Positions 17,483 through 25,649 of a stretch of 64,000 nt of DNA are shown in pieces. The notes under the pieces are model-generated. The model made no database searches and was not told the DNA's origin. It saw only the letters and a list, made by a program, of their open reading frames with translations. The DNA lies in IMG/VR virus record IMGVR_UViG_3300036806_000217, positions 23,341 to 87,340 of that record; one strand, written 5' to 3'. The translations under genes and the position numbers were made by a program. The stretch's first letter is position 1. Each line of letters opens with the position of its first letter. Source of the stretch: a virus.

Positions 17483-18892
17483 TCAGTGGGTGGTGAGCAG
17501 GTCGTCCAGGCGCACGACGTCCGAGACGGGCGGGCCGGCGGGACCGCCGAGGGCGACCTCGACGCCGTCGCCGCGGGTGCCCCAGTTGCCGATCTTGGCG
17601 AACGTGAACAGGGCGAAGAAGTACATGGGCTTGACCACGAACATGCGCCACACCCCGGCGATCGGGGCGCAGGCCACCAGCAGGATGTGGAACCAGACGG
17701 ACTCGTCCGAGCGCTTGACCATGAAGAAGCGCAGGGAGATCATCCAGTTCACGCCCGTACCCACCAGCAGCGTCGACACCGCCAGCGAACCGGCGTGCGC
17801 CCGCGCCGACGGCTGCATCAGCAGCGCGACCGGGATGGCCACCGACAGGATCAGCTGGATCAGCTCCAGCAGCGGCATCCAGAACACCGGCGACTGCACC
17901 TGGGCGTAGCGGAACCACCAGAACGTGCGCACGAACGTCCCACGCATCCATCTGAGCTGCTGGCGCCTGTAGTTCGACCAGGACTCCGGCACGAGGGTGT
18001 AGGCCACGCATGTGGGCTGGTGGACCGCGTCACCGTGCAGCAGCCCGTACAGGGTCAGCATGCTGTCGTCGTTCATCTGCATCGGCCGGCCCCAGAACGT
18101 CTCATGGGCGTACACCCCGGCGTACTGCCGGATGACCTCACCGCGGTACAGGGCGAGGGTTCCCGAGTTGACCGTGACGCGCTTCAGCACCGACTGGGCG
18201 GAGCGGAACCCGCGGGTGAACGGCGTGTACAGCATCGCGGTGAGGAACGTCAGCCAGTTGCTCTTGGTGTTGAGCACCGCCACCAGGCCGGCGACGGAGG
18301 TGACCTTCGGGTCGGCGAACGGCTTCAGGCCCTCGGCGACCGCGGCGGCGTCCAGGATGCTGTCCGAGTCCAGGGTGACGATGATGTCGGAGTCGTCGTC
18401 GGCGAGGGCTTCCATCTGGGCGTGGCGCTTGCCCTGGTTCTCGGTGCGCTGCCACGTCGCGTCGATGCCCACCGCGGCGGCTGCGGCCACGAACCAGTCC
18501 CGGACGTGGGCCTGAGGGTCGGCGGAGCCGTCGTCGACGCACCGCACCCGGTCCGGCAGGCGGGTCTGGTCGAGGACGGACTGCAGGCAGGCCCGGAGCG
18601 CGGCCTCGTCCTCGTTGTAGATCGGGATCTGCACGACCACGACCAGGTCGTCCAGCTGCCGCTGCTGACGGTTGGTGACCTTGCGGGGCTTCTCGAACCA
18701 CGACAGGGGCACCCACCACAGCAGCAGGAACGAGAACGCCCACGCGAGGGCGAGCCGGTTGCCGTGGCCGGCGAACGCCGCAGTGACCGTGACGGCGTGC
18801 CACACGGCCCAGGCGGTGAACCCGGCTATCGGGAGGGTGGCGAGCAGGACGGTGCGTCTGCGGTTGGCGTAGGTCGCCACCGGGGCGCGCAT
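17483..18892 (-). CDS. Processive GT2 glycosyltransferase, class I hyaluronan synthase/NodC/chitin synthase-like
   Basis: 2 N-terminal TMs; IPIYNE, VDDGS, NQGKRHAQ, LDSDS, RSAQS, SGTLALYR, NDD, QQLRW; C-terminal TMs. Confidence 0.9.
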   Translation of the reverse strand: MRAPVATYANRRRTVLLATLPIAGFTAWAVWHAVTVTAAFAGHGNRLALAWAFSFLLLWWVPLSWFEKPRKVTNRQQRQLDDLVVVVQIPIYNEDEAALRACLQSVLDQTRLPDRVRCVDDGSADPQAHVRDWFVAAAAAVGIDATWQRTENQGKRHAQMEALADDDSDIIVTLDSDSILDAAAVAEGLKPFADPKVTSVAGLVAVLNTKSNWLTFLTAMLYTPFTRGFRSAQSVLKRVTVNSGTLALYRGEVIRQYAGVYAHETFWGRPMQMNDDSMLTLYGLLHGDAVHQPTCVAYTLVPESWSNYRRQQLRWMRGTFVRTFWWFRYAQVQSPVFWMPLLELIQLILSVAIPVALLMQPSARAHAGSLAVSTLLVGTGVNWMISLRFFMVKRSDESVWFHILLVACAPIAGVWRMFVVKPMYFFALFTFAKIGNWGTRGDGVEVALGGPAGPPVSDVVRLDDLLTTH

Positions 18893-19056
18893 CAGTGGTC
18901 CTGCGGGGTGCGTCCGCGGCGGAACCGGGCCCGGATGACGAGCGCGCCGACGCCGACGATGGTGACGATTCCGGCGACGAGCCAGATCTGGCCGAACGCG
19001 ATCCCGGCGAGGGAGAGCGTCGCGCCGGTGCCAGCGAGAGATCCATACGAGTGCAC
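18892..19056 (-). CDS. 54-aa membrane micropeptide shaped like an LAXTG sorting signal
   Basis: AAGGA RBS; LAGTG + hydrophobic stretch + RARFRRGR; TGATG-coupled to the GT2. Confidence 0.7.
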   Translation of the reverse strand: MHSYGSLAGTGATLSLAGIAFGQIWLVAGIVTIVGVGALVIRARFRRGRTPQDH

Positions 19057-19149
19057 GAGGGTTCCTTGATCGGGTAGGTGAGTTGATGGTGCGGTACGTG
19101 CGGTGGCCCGATCCTTCCGCATGATCGCGATCGGGCCACGCGGGGCAGG

Positions 19150-19632
19150 TCAGACGTCGCGCAGGACCAGCGGACGCAGCCGGTACTCGGTCACGTCCCG
19201 CCGCCCGTCGACCTCGACATACAGCTGCTGCTCGTCGGGGTCGTCGTCGGCCCAGCCGCACGCGATGCTCTTCGCGGCCGGGTAGCGCGCCGTGGCGAGG
19301 TCCTCGCACTGCTTCCGGGCGGCGGCCTCCGTCAGCCAGCGCCCGTCGGGCAGCGGCACGAAGTCTCGTTCGGCCTGGTAGAACACGACCTCGCCGGGCT
19401 CGTTGAGCAGGCCGAGGGCGTGGGCGTGGTTGTCGTGGCGTTCGGCGAGGGTGGCGACGAGCAGGGCGGTCTCGGCCATCTGTCGGGCGTAGCGGCCCTT
19501 GCGGTCGCCGGAGGGGATCTGCGCGGCGAACTTCGCGGCCTCGCCGACGAGCTGGCGGGCGTACTCGGTGAGCTCTTCGAGGGTGGCGTCCTGGTGGACC
19601 TGGAGGGTCTGGCGGGCGATCAGATCAGACAT
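19150..19632 (-). CDS. Hypothetical protein
   Basis: AAGGAG RBS. Confidence 0.65.
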   Translation of the reverse strand: MSDLIARQTLQVHQDATLEELTEYARQLVGEAAKFAAQIPSGDRKGRYARQMAETALLVATLAERHDNHAHALGLLNEPGEVVFYQAERDFVPLPDGRWLTEAAARKQCEDLATARYPAAKSIACGWADDDPDEQQLYVEVDGRRDVTEYRLRPLVLRDV

Positions 19633-19674
19633 GCGGTGTTGCTCCTTCGGGGTTGGCCGGGCGGGCGAGGACAA

Positions 19675-19872
19675 TCAGGCGGTGGTGCGGGCGCGCTGCT
19701 CCGCGAGTTGAGCGAGCAGTCCCGGCGACGGGATCAGCTCCGAGTACCAGCAGCGCGGGCCGGTGCACGTGTACCAGACGCCGCAGAACGCATGCTCCGG
19801 CGTCCCCGGCGGCTTCGGGGACATCGGGCCGTGCTGCGGGCAGGACGGGCGCACGGCCAGCTCGGTGCTCAC
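19675..19872 (-). CDS. Small Cys/His protein
   Basis: 'CPQHG...CGVWYTC...C'. Confidence 0.55.
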   Translation of the reverse strand: MSTELAVRPSCPQHGPMSPKPPGTPEHAFCGVWYTCTGPRCWYSELIPSPGLLAQLAEQRARTTA

Positions 19873-20582
19873 CACGCCACCCCTTCCGGCTCGACCTTCA
19901 CCGCAGCGTCGTCGCGGGCGGCCCATCGGGCGGTGTCGGGCCAGCGGTCGCGCCACTTCGGCGGCACGGTCTTGGCCTCCCACAGGTTGGTGGTGGTCAC
20001 CGTCCGGCCGTCGAGGAACTCGATGTCGAAGCGCCGGCCGCAGAACCCACGGAACCCGCTGCCACTCCGACCGTGCTCGGGGCCGATCTTGTAGACGGTG
20101 TGGTCGATGACGACCAACTCGTCCGGGCCGTCCATGGTGAAGCTGCCGCCCGGACCCCACACCCCGTCGAAGCTGTCCTCGGTGCGCTGCACGTCGACGG
20201 CGATCACGCCCGCCTGGAATGTCGCGGCGATGGCGTACTCGGTCGTCGTGCCGTCCTGGTTCCACAGGCCGTAGGTGCACGAGGCACTGGCGCCGTCGTC
20301 GGTGGGCGCGTAGTCGACGGCGGACCGAACGTTGCCCCGGTGGCCCTTGCCGAGGTCGTCGTGGATGACCTGCTGCATGCGCGCCCAGAGCCGGTCCTCG
20401 ATGCGCTTGACCGCGGCCTGCTGGCGCACTGCGCGGCGGGCGAGCATCCGTTCCTTGATCTGCTCCTGGGTGGGCTCGGCGTGTGGATGCCACTTGGCCT
20501 CGGCGCTCCAGCGGCGGAAGTGCTCGCGCTTCGGCACACCGCAGTGACGGCACGCCGACGGCTCCGGGGTTCGGGTGGTCAT
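19869..20582 (-). CDS. Hypothetical phage protein
   Basis: AAGGAG RBS; N-terminal CxxC/His domain; 'GFCGRRFDIEFLDGRTVTTTNLW'. Confidence 0.7.
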   Translation of the reverse strand: MTTRTPEPSACRHCGVPKREHFRRWSAEAKWHPHAEPTQEQIKERMLARRAVRQQAAVKRIEDRLWARMQQVIHDDLGKGHRGNVRSAVDYAPTDDGASASCTYGLWNQDGTTTEYAIAATFQAGVIAVDVQRTEDSFDGVWGPGGSFTMDGPDELVVIDHTVYKIGPEHGRSGSGFRGFCGRRFDIEFLDGRTVTTTNLWEAKTVPPKWRDRWPDTARWAARDDAAVKVEPEGVAW

Positions 20583-20624
20583 GCTGTCGGTCTCCTTAAG
20601 ACGCTGACTGGGACGGAGCGGGGG

Positions 20625-21338
20625 CTAGGCGGCATCGTGCTCGAAGGGCGGTGGTTCGCCCATCACGTCGAGCAGCCGCTCGGGAAGCGAATTGGGGCCA
20701 AGCAGCGGGTTGACGCAGGCCACGTTGCCGTCCAGCCAGTTGAACGGCACCGCGCCGCCGACCTCCAGCCACAGGGCGGTGTGCGACAGGTCGATAGCGA
20801 CCGGGTCGATGTCCATGCCGTACACGCACTCGAACGTCACCATCGGCAGGACCAGCGCGACCAACTCCGGCGGCGTGCTGCCGTCGACAGTCAGCCGCGA
20901 CACATACGCCTCGGCGATCATGCGGGAGGCCTCGATCAGGAACACCCCGGCGCCACACGCCGGATCGACCGCCCGGATCCTCAGGATCTGCTCCGGATCG
21001 TCCGCCTTGAGCAACTGCTCGGTCTCGCGGATCTCGCGGAGGATCTGCTTGACGCGGGCCTTGAGCGCCTTCGCTTCGGGCTTGCGGGAGAGGAAGATCA
21101 GCTCCCAGATGCCGTCCTCGTAGATGACGTTGAGTTCCTGCAGGCCGCCGGGGGTACCCACAATCTGGGTACCCTTCTCGTCCTCGCCGAGCAGGCGCGT
21201 CGCCTTCTCGGCGTCCCGGTGGCCCATGGCCTTCGCGAAGTCCGTGGCGGCCACCCACGGCGTTCCGTCCTCGGCCAGACCGAAGCGCATGCTCTCGCCG
21301 CCGAGGTCGAACGGCATGATTTCGCGCGGGTCGTTCAC
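20625..21338 (-). CDS. BRO-N antirepressor domain fused to a fragment of a type IIG/Eco57I-like adenine methyltransferase
   Basis: 'GTPWVAATDFAKAMG...TPGGLQELNVIYEDGIWELIFLSRKPEAK' then 'VDPACGAGVFL...YGMDIDPVAIDLSHTALWL'. Confidence 0.8.
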   Translation of the reverse strand: MNDPREIMPFDLGGESMRFGLAEDGTPWVAATDFAKAMGHRDAEKATRLLGEDEKGTQIVGTPGGLQELNVIYEDGIWELIFLSRKPEAKALKARVKQILREIRETEQLLKADDPEQILRIRAVDPACGAGVFLIEASRMIAEAYVSRLTVDGSTPPELVALVLPMVTFECVYGMDIDPVAIDLSHTALWLEVGGAVPFNWLDGNVACVNPLLGPNSLPERLLDVMGEPPPFEHDAA

Positions 21339-21571
21339 GATGCCTCCGAGAGTTCGCTGTCGTCGATCTCCTGGAGGAGTTCTTCGATGGTGAGGTCGTA
21401 GAAGGTCATGAACCGCTTGAGGGTGGTGACGGTCGGTTCGACCAACTGGTTGGCGAGGCGGGACAGGGCTGAGGTGGAGATGCCCGTCCGCTTCATGATC
21501 TTGTAGTTGCTGGTGTCACCCCTTCTGGCTGCGGCTTCGCGCAGCCGGGCGACGTTCAGTCGGTAGGGCAT
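21335..21571 (-). CDS. Cro-like XRE HTH protein
   Basis: 'TGISTSALSRLANQLVEPTVTTL'; divergent from the repressor. Confidence 0.75.
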   Translation of the reverse strand: MPYRLNVARLREAAARRGDTSNYKIMKRTGISTSALSRLANQLVEPTVTTLKRFMTFYDLTIEELLQEIDDSELSEAS

Positions 21572-21785
21572 GACTCACCCGTTGATTCGAAGGAGGGGAC
21601 TAGTTGCCTAGCAAGAACTACTGTACTCGGACGCCCGAACCACGTCCACTCTCGACAACTAATTTCATTCGTGAAACGCAGCGAAATGGGGGACCCGCCT
21701 TCAAACCCCCTAGTCCCCCATATGCAACTATTCCCATCGACCGACCAACCGCCGATACGCTGCCAACATGGGGAGCCCAGCAAGC
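21572..21785. promoter_or_regulatory. Repressor/Cro divergent switch region
   Basis: AT-rich; TAGTT-N10-AACTA at 21601, further CAACTA half-sites; GGGGACTAG/CTAGTCCCC inverted pair. Confidence 0.6.
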
Positions 21786-22337
21786 ATGAGCCGCCACCCA
21801 CGCTTCGCCCAGTGGCTGGCCACCGCCATGCGCACAGCCGGCCTCGACATCGACAAGCAACGCGGCGGCGGCCGAGCCGAACTCGCAGAACGCCTCAACG
21901 TCTCCCGCAGCACCATCACCCGCTGGCTCGAAGGCGGCAGCCTCCCCGGCCCCGAATACATCGAGCCCCTCGCCGAAGCCCTCAACGTCTACGTCGACGA
22001 CATGCTCATCAGCGGCGGCATCGTGTCGCCCGGCCGCATGACCCCGGCCGGCGCTGAACAGGCCGCCCGCAATGGCGGGATCTACGACTCCGGCGTCGAG
22101 CTCCCCGCGGACCTCGACCTGACCAAGCTCGCGGAACTCCTCGGCTACCTACCCGAAGAGCAAGAGATCTTCGTGGCCGTCGTCGAGACCACCATGGCCG
22201 CGCTCCGCGAACGCCGGATCAGAGCCATCGCGCCGCCCTTCGAGGTCACCGTCGCCGAGAGCGACAGCTTCCGCCAGTCCGGGGCGTCCCCGACGATGCA
22301 GATCGACGAGCCCACCACCGAGGACTACCCGCACTAG
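21786..22337 (+). CDS. CI-like XRE HTH immunity repressor
   Basis: 'GGRAELAERLNVSRSTITRWLEGGSLP...LAEALNV'. Confidence 0.8.
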   Translation: MSRHPRFAQWLATAMRTAGLDIDKQRGGGRAELAERLNVSRSTITRWLEGGSLPGPEYIEPLAEALNVYVDDMLISGGIVSPGRMTPAGAEQAARNGGIYDSGVELPADLDLTKLAELLGYLPEEQEIFVAVVETTMAALRERRIRAIAPPFEVTVAESDSFRQSGASPTMQIDEPTTEDYPH

Positions 22338-22421
22338 CCGCCCCGCTAGCCTGCTCGTGGCGCGCGCCCAGCCGGCGAAGGGGGCAGGCGCGCGGCGGGC
22401 GGGATCGGGCATCCTGGGGCG

Positions 22422-22835
22422 ATGAGCGACACCACCGCAGCGGACCGCGCATACATCCAGCACGCCACCAGCGCAGCCCACGCCGCCGGACGCGCCGCAG
22501 CTCTACGCGGCATCACCCTCCCCCGCGACGTAGCCCAGCAGATCGCCGACGCCGTCCTCGGCCACGCCGACAACAAGTACAGCGTCCGCGTCAGCCTCGA
22601 CCGGCGCGCCTGGCAGCACCCCGACGCCCATGAGCACGCGCTTCAGCAGCTGCGCCGCCAACTCCTGGACGAGATCACCAGCCGAGAGCTACTGCCCGTC
22701 GCACTGCCCGCCCAGACGCTCACCTACGTGTCGTGGCGGTACGGATCCAACGAGCCCCTCGCCGCTTCCACTGCCGAGCCGGCCGACTGGGACTCGGTCG
22801 AGATCACCCTCACCGTGCCCGTGAGGACGCCATGA
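22422..22835 (+). CDS. Hypothetical protein, probably leaderless
   Basis: CATCCT hexamer 6 nt before ATG; no SD. Confidence 0.6.
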   Translation: MSDTTAADRAYIQHATSAAHAAGRAAALRGITLPRDVAQQIADAVLGHADNKYSVRVSLDRRAWQHPDAHEHALQQLRRQLLDEITSRELLPVALPAQTLTYVSWRYGSNEPLAASTAEPADWDSVEITLTVPVRTP

Positions 22836-23137
22836 CCCTGTACGACCGTGTCGCCGCCACCCCCGACGGTGCCCGCGCCCTCGCCCAGGCCCGACTGCGG
22901 CACGAGACCCTGCACCTCCTCTGGGACGCCCAGGCCGCATCCGGGATGAGCGTCGAGCAGCTGGCGAAGGCGCTGGGCGTGCGGCGTAGGACCGTGCGCC
23001 GGGCCTTCGACGGCGACGGGAACCTGCCCGTCGGCACGCTTGCCCGCTACCTGCACGCCATGGGGTACGAGGTCGAGCTGCGGGTGGTCGCGGCCGGGGA
23101 ACCACGGCGGAAGATGATCGACGGGAAGGCATCGTGA
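22832..23137 (+). CDS. XRE HTH protein (HigA antitoxin-like)
   Basis: 'GMSVEQLAKALGVRRRTV...GNLPVGTLARYLHAMG'. Confidence 0.7.
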   Translation: MTLYDRVAATPDGARALAQARLRHETLHLLWDAQAASGMSVEQLAKALGVRRRTVRRAFDGDGNLPVGTLARYLHAMGYEVELRVVAAGEPRRKMIDGKAS

Positions 23138-23556
23138 CCGAGCAGTTCGACCCCCACATCCTGGCCTCCGTGGAGCAGTGGCGTGCCGAGCGCGCAGCAG
23201 ACACCGCCTGGACCCGCCACCTCCCGCCCGAGGCCCGCGCCGAGATGGACACCGAGCTCGCCGCGCTGGACGGCGATGCGCGAGCCGTGGCCCTGATCGC
23301 CTGGCGCAACACCGCCGCCGTGTACGCCGACCCCGAGCTGCACGCCGCGCTCAGCCGGGACGCGGACCGGCAGGCCACGCCCGACCGCGACGGCTACACG
23401 TTCGGCGTGTACCTGCCGCCCGGGGTCAGCGAGGAAGTCCGCGACCGGCTCGGGGACCGGATCATGGACCTCGTTGCCGACGCCGTCCCCGACGCTGAGG
23501 TTGTCGGGCAGGCCGGGGATCCGCTCGGGGCTGTGGACGGGATCGCCCGGCCGTAG
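23134..23556 (+). CDS. Hypothetical protein
   Basis: GTGA coupling. Confidence 0.55.
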   Translation: MTEQFDPHILASVEQWRAERAADTAWTRHLPPEARAEMDTELAALDGDARAVALIAWRNTAAVYADPELHAALSRDADRQATPDRDGYTFGVYLPPGVSEEVRDRLGDRIMDLVADAVPDAEVVGQAGDPLGAVDGIARP

Positions 23557-23648
23557 CCGCTACGCTCGGGGCGCGGTCGCTGACACCCGCAGTTCGGTAG
23601 TCCGGACGAGAACGACCCTGGCCGCTGCAAACGAGCCAGGACAACAGG

Positions 23649-23675
23649 GCGCCCCCGGCCGATGGTCGGGGGCGC
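23649..23675. terminator. Hairpin between convergent genes
   Basis: GCGCCCCCGGCC-GAT-GGTCGGGGGCGC. Confidence 0.6.
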
Positions 23676-23689
23676 GGCTGCGTGGTGGG

Positions 23690-24523
23690 CTACTCGGACG
23701 GCGGGGTGATGACGAACAGAGTGTGCGGCAGGCCCCGGCCGGACGCACCCGGACGCTTGCCGACCTCCGCAATCAGGCCCTGCTCAAGCAGTGCCCGGAC
23801 GTTGAGCGCGATTCCAGGCGCGGAGAGCGGGCTGATCTCCGCAAGGTCCGCCCGTGAGAAGAACTCCGAGCCGAAGCGCTCCCGTGCGACGGCCAGCAGC
23901 TTGTGTCCACGCGTATCCGGCGCGTCCCGCCTGGCCAGGTCCGACCGCTGCCCCTGGCGGACGTCCCGGCCCGCAAAGAAGGGTTCGATGAGCGGCCACG
24001 GGAAGAGCCACATGTTCGCGATGAAGCGCCACTGCTCGCGAGGAACGGGCCAATCCGGGTCGGACTGCGCGATCTGCATCACGCGGGCCCGGCTCAGGCC
24101 AACACGACGGCTGATCTCCGCCACGTTGACCCACTGCCCCTCGTAGGCGTGCCAGTCGACGGTCGAGATCCCGACGGCGCCGCTGGCCGAGACGAGCATC
24201 GGCGACGGCGTTCGGGAGAGATTGTGCAGCGGTCCTTCCGTCGTGATCGCTTCGACCTCGGCCACCGCCGCATCCTCGCGGGCGTCGAACCACTCAACGC
24301 TGCGCTCGAACCTGAGCGGCCACCACGTCGCCGCCGTGGTTGCGTGCTGGCTCCAGCGCAGCTTGAGATTGTTCGTGATCCCGACGTACAGGAGCTGGCC
24401 AAAGACGTCGTAGAACCGGTACAGCGCGGTCGTTCCGGGCTTGTGCTCCGGGGCGGGTAAGCCGGTGGACTCCCGCTCGGTCTCGCTAGTCCTCGGGGCT
24501 TCCTGGGGCGTGCCCTGTTTCAT
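23690..24523 (-). CDS. GIY-YIG nuclease domain + AlpA-like HTH + winged HTH
   Basis: 'ALYRFYD...LLYVGITNN...RWSQH...EAITTEGPLHN'; two HTH segments follow. Confidence 0.75.
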   Translation of the reverse strand: MKQGTPQEAPRTSETERESTGLPAPEHKPGTTALYRFYDVFGQLLYVGITNNLKLRWSQHATTAATWWPLRFERSVEWFDAREDAAVAEVEAITTEGPLHNLSRTPSPMLVSASGAVGISTVDWHAYEGQWVNVAEISRRVGLSRARVMQIAQSDPDWPVPREQWRFIANMWLFPWPLIEPFFAGRDVRQGQRSDLARRDAPDTRGHKLLAVARERFGSEFFSRADLAEISPLSAPGIALNVRALLEQGLIAEVGKRPGASGRGLPHTLFVITPPSE

Positions 24524-24782
24524 CTGCGGTCTCTTCCTTACGCTCTTCCAGATCGGTCCGTCGCCCCTGCTTGAGCCCGGCCAAGCGCTGTTCCCAGTAC
24601 GCCTCCAGGGAGGCGAGGGGGTAGCGAGGCACGGTGCTGCCCGGTGCCATGACTGCTTTCGGGAACGCCTGATCGGTGGCGGCCAGCCGATGGATGAGCT
24701 GTCGGCTGCGCTGTACGTGTGCGGCGAACTCGGTGACGGTCATCGGATCGGGTGGCCCCTCCTGGCCCGGGGTGGGCGACAT
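24486..24782 (-). CDS. AlpA/excisionase-like HTH regulator
   Basis: 'MTVTEFAAHVQRSRQLIHRL...FP'; 'QGRRTDL' tail. Confidence 0.7.
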   Translation of the reverse strand: MSPTPGQEGPPDPMTVTEFAAHVQRSRQLIHRLAATDQAFPKAVMAPGSTVPRYPLASLEAYWEQRLAGLKQGRRTDLEERKEETADETGHAPGSPED

Positions 24783-24805
24783 ACGGACATCCTCTCAAGA
24801 AGGTG

Positions 24806-24834
24806 TTGCTGATGTAAAGGAAGTCGCGTAGCTT
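24806..24834 (+). promoter_or_regulatory. Housekeeping-sigma-type promoter of the transfer block
   Basis: TTGCTG-N17-TAGCTT. Confidence 0.6.
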
Positions 24835-24856
24835 GGGACTCGCGACAACACGCAAA

Positions 24857-24965
24857 GGCCCCGACCGCTCGTGACAGATCGGCCGGGGCTGACAACGGGT
24901 CGTCCGGGCGGTGACACGCCCGGACGACCCTCAACCCCGACTCGGAGGTGACACTCCGGGTCGGG
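24857..24965 (+). ncRNA. 5' leader with three tandem hairpins sharing a GUGACA hexaloop
   Basis: Stems of 14, 14 and 12 bp with unrelated sequences; loops at 24871, 24911, 24948; G-U pairs favour the + strand. Confidence 0.65.
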
Positions 24966-24996
24966 CATCCGCCACCTGATCTCACCAGGAGCGAAC

Positions 24997-25239
24997 ATGC
25001 TTGATCGTAGCCAGGAAGTTCCTGGTTCCGGCAGTCCCGCACCGGCCTCCACCCTCGGCGGCCCGGACACCATCACCGCCGCAGCCGCACGCACCCGACA
25101 CCTGCGCACCCCCGGCGACCGGAACCAGACCGGGTACGACTTCGACGGCGACGGGCAGCTCGTGCTCCGCGACGGCTGGGACTCGCACCACGCTGACCGC
25201 GCCTTCGGGCAGGGACCGGACGGCGGTAGCGCGGCATGA
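24997..25239 (+). CDS. Hypothetical protein
   Basis: AGGAG RBS. Confidence 0.5.
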   Translation: MLDRSQEVPGSGSPAPASTLGGPDTITAAAARTRHLRTPGDRNQTGYDFDGDGQLVLRDGWDSHHADRAFGQGPDGGSAA

Positions 25240-25649
25240 GCGCCGCCGACCCGGACGCCAACCCCCGCCTCAAAGCGATCATCGCCCGCCACACCAACGA
25301 CATCGCATTCCTCGTCCCCGGATGCCCGACCGACGGCAACACCAGCATCGACGGCGTCACCCTCGGCGAACTCCTCGCCGACGCCCGCGACCACCTGGAG
25401 GCCATCGACGCCGACAACGCCAGCATCCTCAACGCCGCCCTCATCTACCTCGCCGACGCCCTCGACGCCGACAACGACACCGCCCAAGACGTGCTCCTCA
25501 GCTACGTCGACCACTACCTCACCGGCAGCGAAGATTCGGACGGCTTCATGGACGGCGTCGAAGACATGGCCCGCAAACTCGCCGCCGAGTACGGCCTCAG
25601 CTACCCCGACGGCGCCGTGCTCCACGACCAGGCGGCAGGTGCACGATGA
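25236..25649 (+). CDS. Hypothetical acidic protein
   Basis: ATGA coupling; codon bias. Confidence 0.65.
   Translation: MSAADPDANPRLKAIIARHTNDIAFLVPGCPTDGNTSIDGVTLGELLADARDHLEAIDADNASILNAALIYLADALDADNDTAQDVLLSYVDHYLTGSEDSDGFMDGVEDMARKLAAEYGLSYPDGAVLHDQAAGAR

Noticed and set aside
22422-23137. Toxin-antitoxin pair
   Set aside because: The HTH is HigA-like, but the upstream ORF shows no RelE/HigB features I can recognise.
23564-23585. Second TGTCAG PafBC-like motif on the minus strand
   Set aside because: No TAnnnT at the required spacing.
24857-24965. CRISPR mini-array interpretation of the three regularly spaced motifs
   Set aside because: Only 6 nt are repeated, the variable parts are self-complementary stems, and there are no cas genes.
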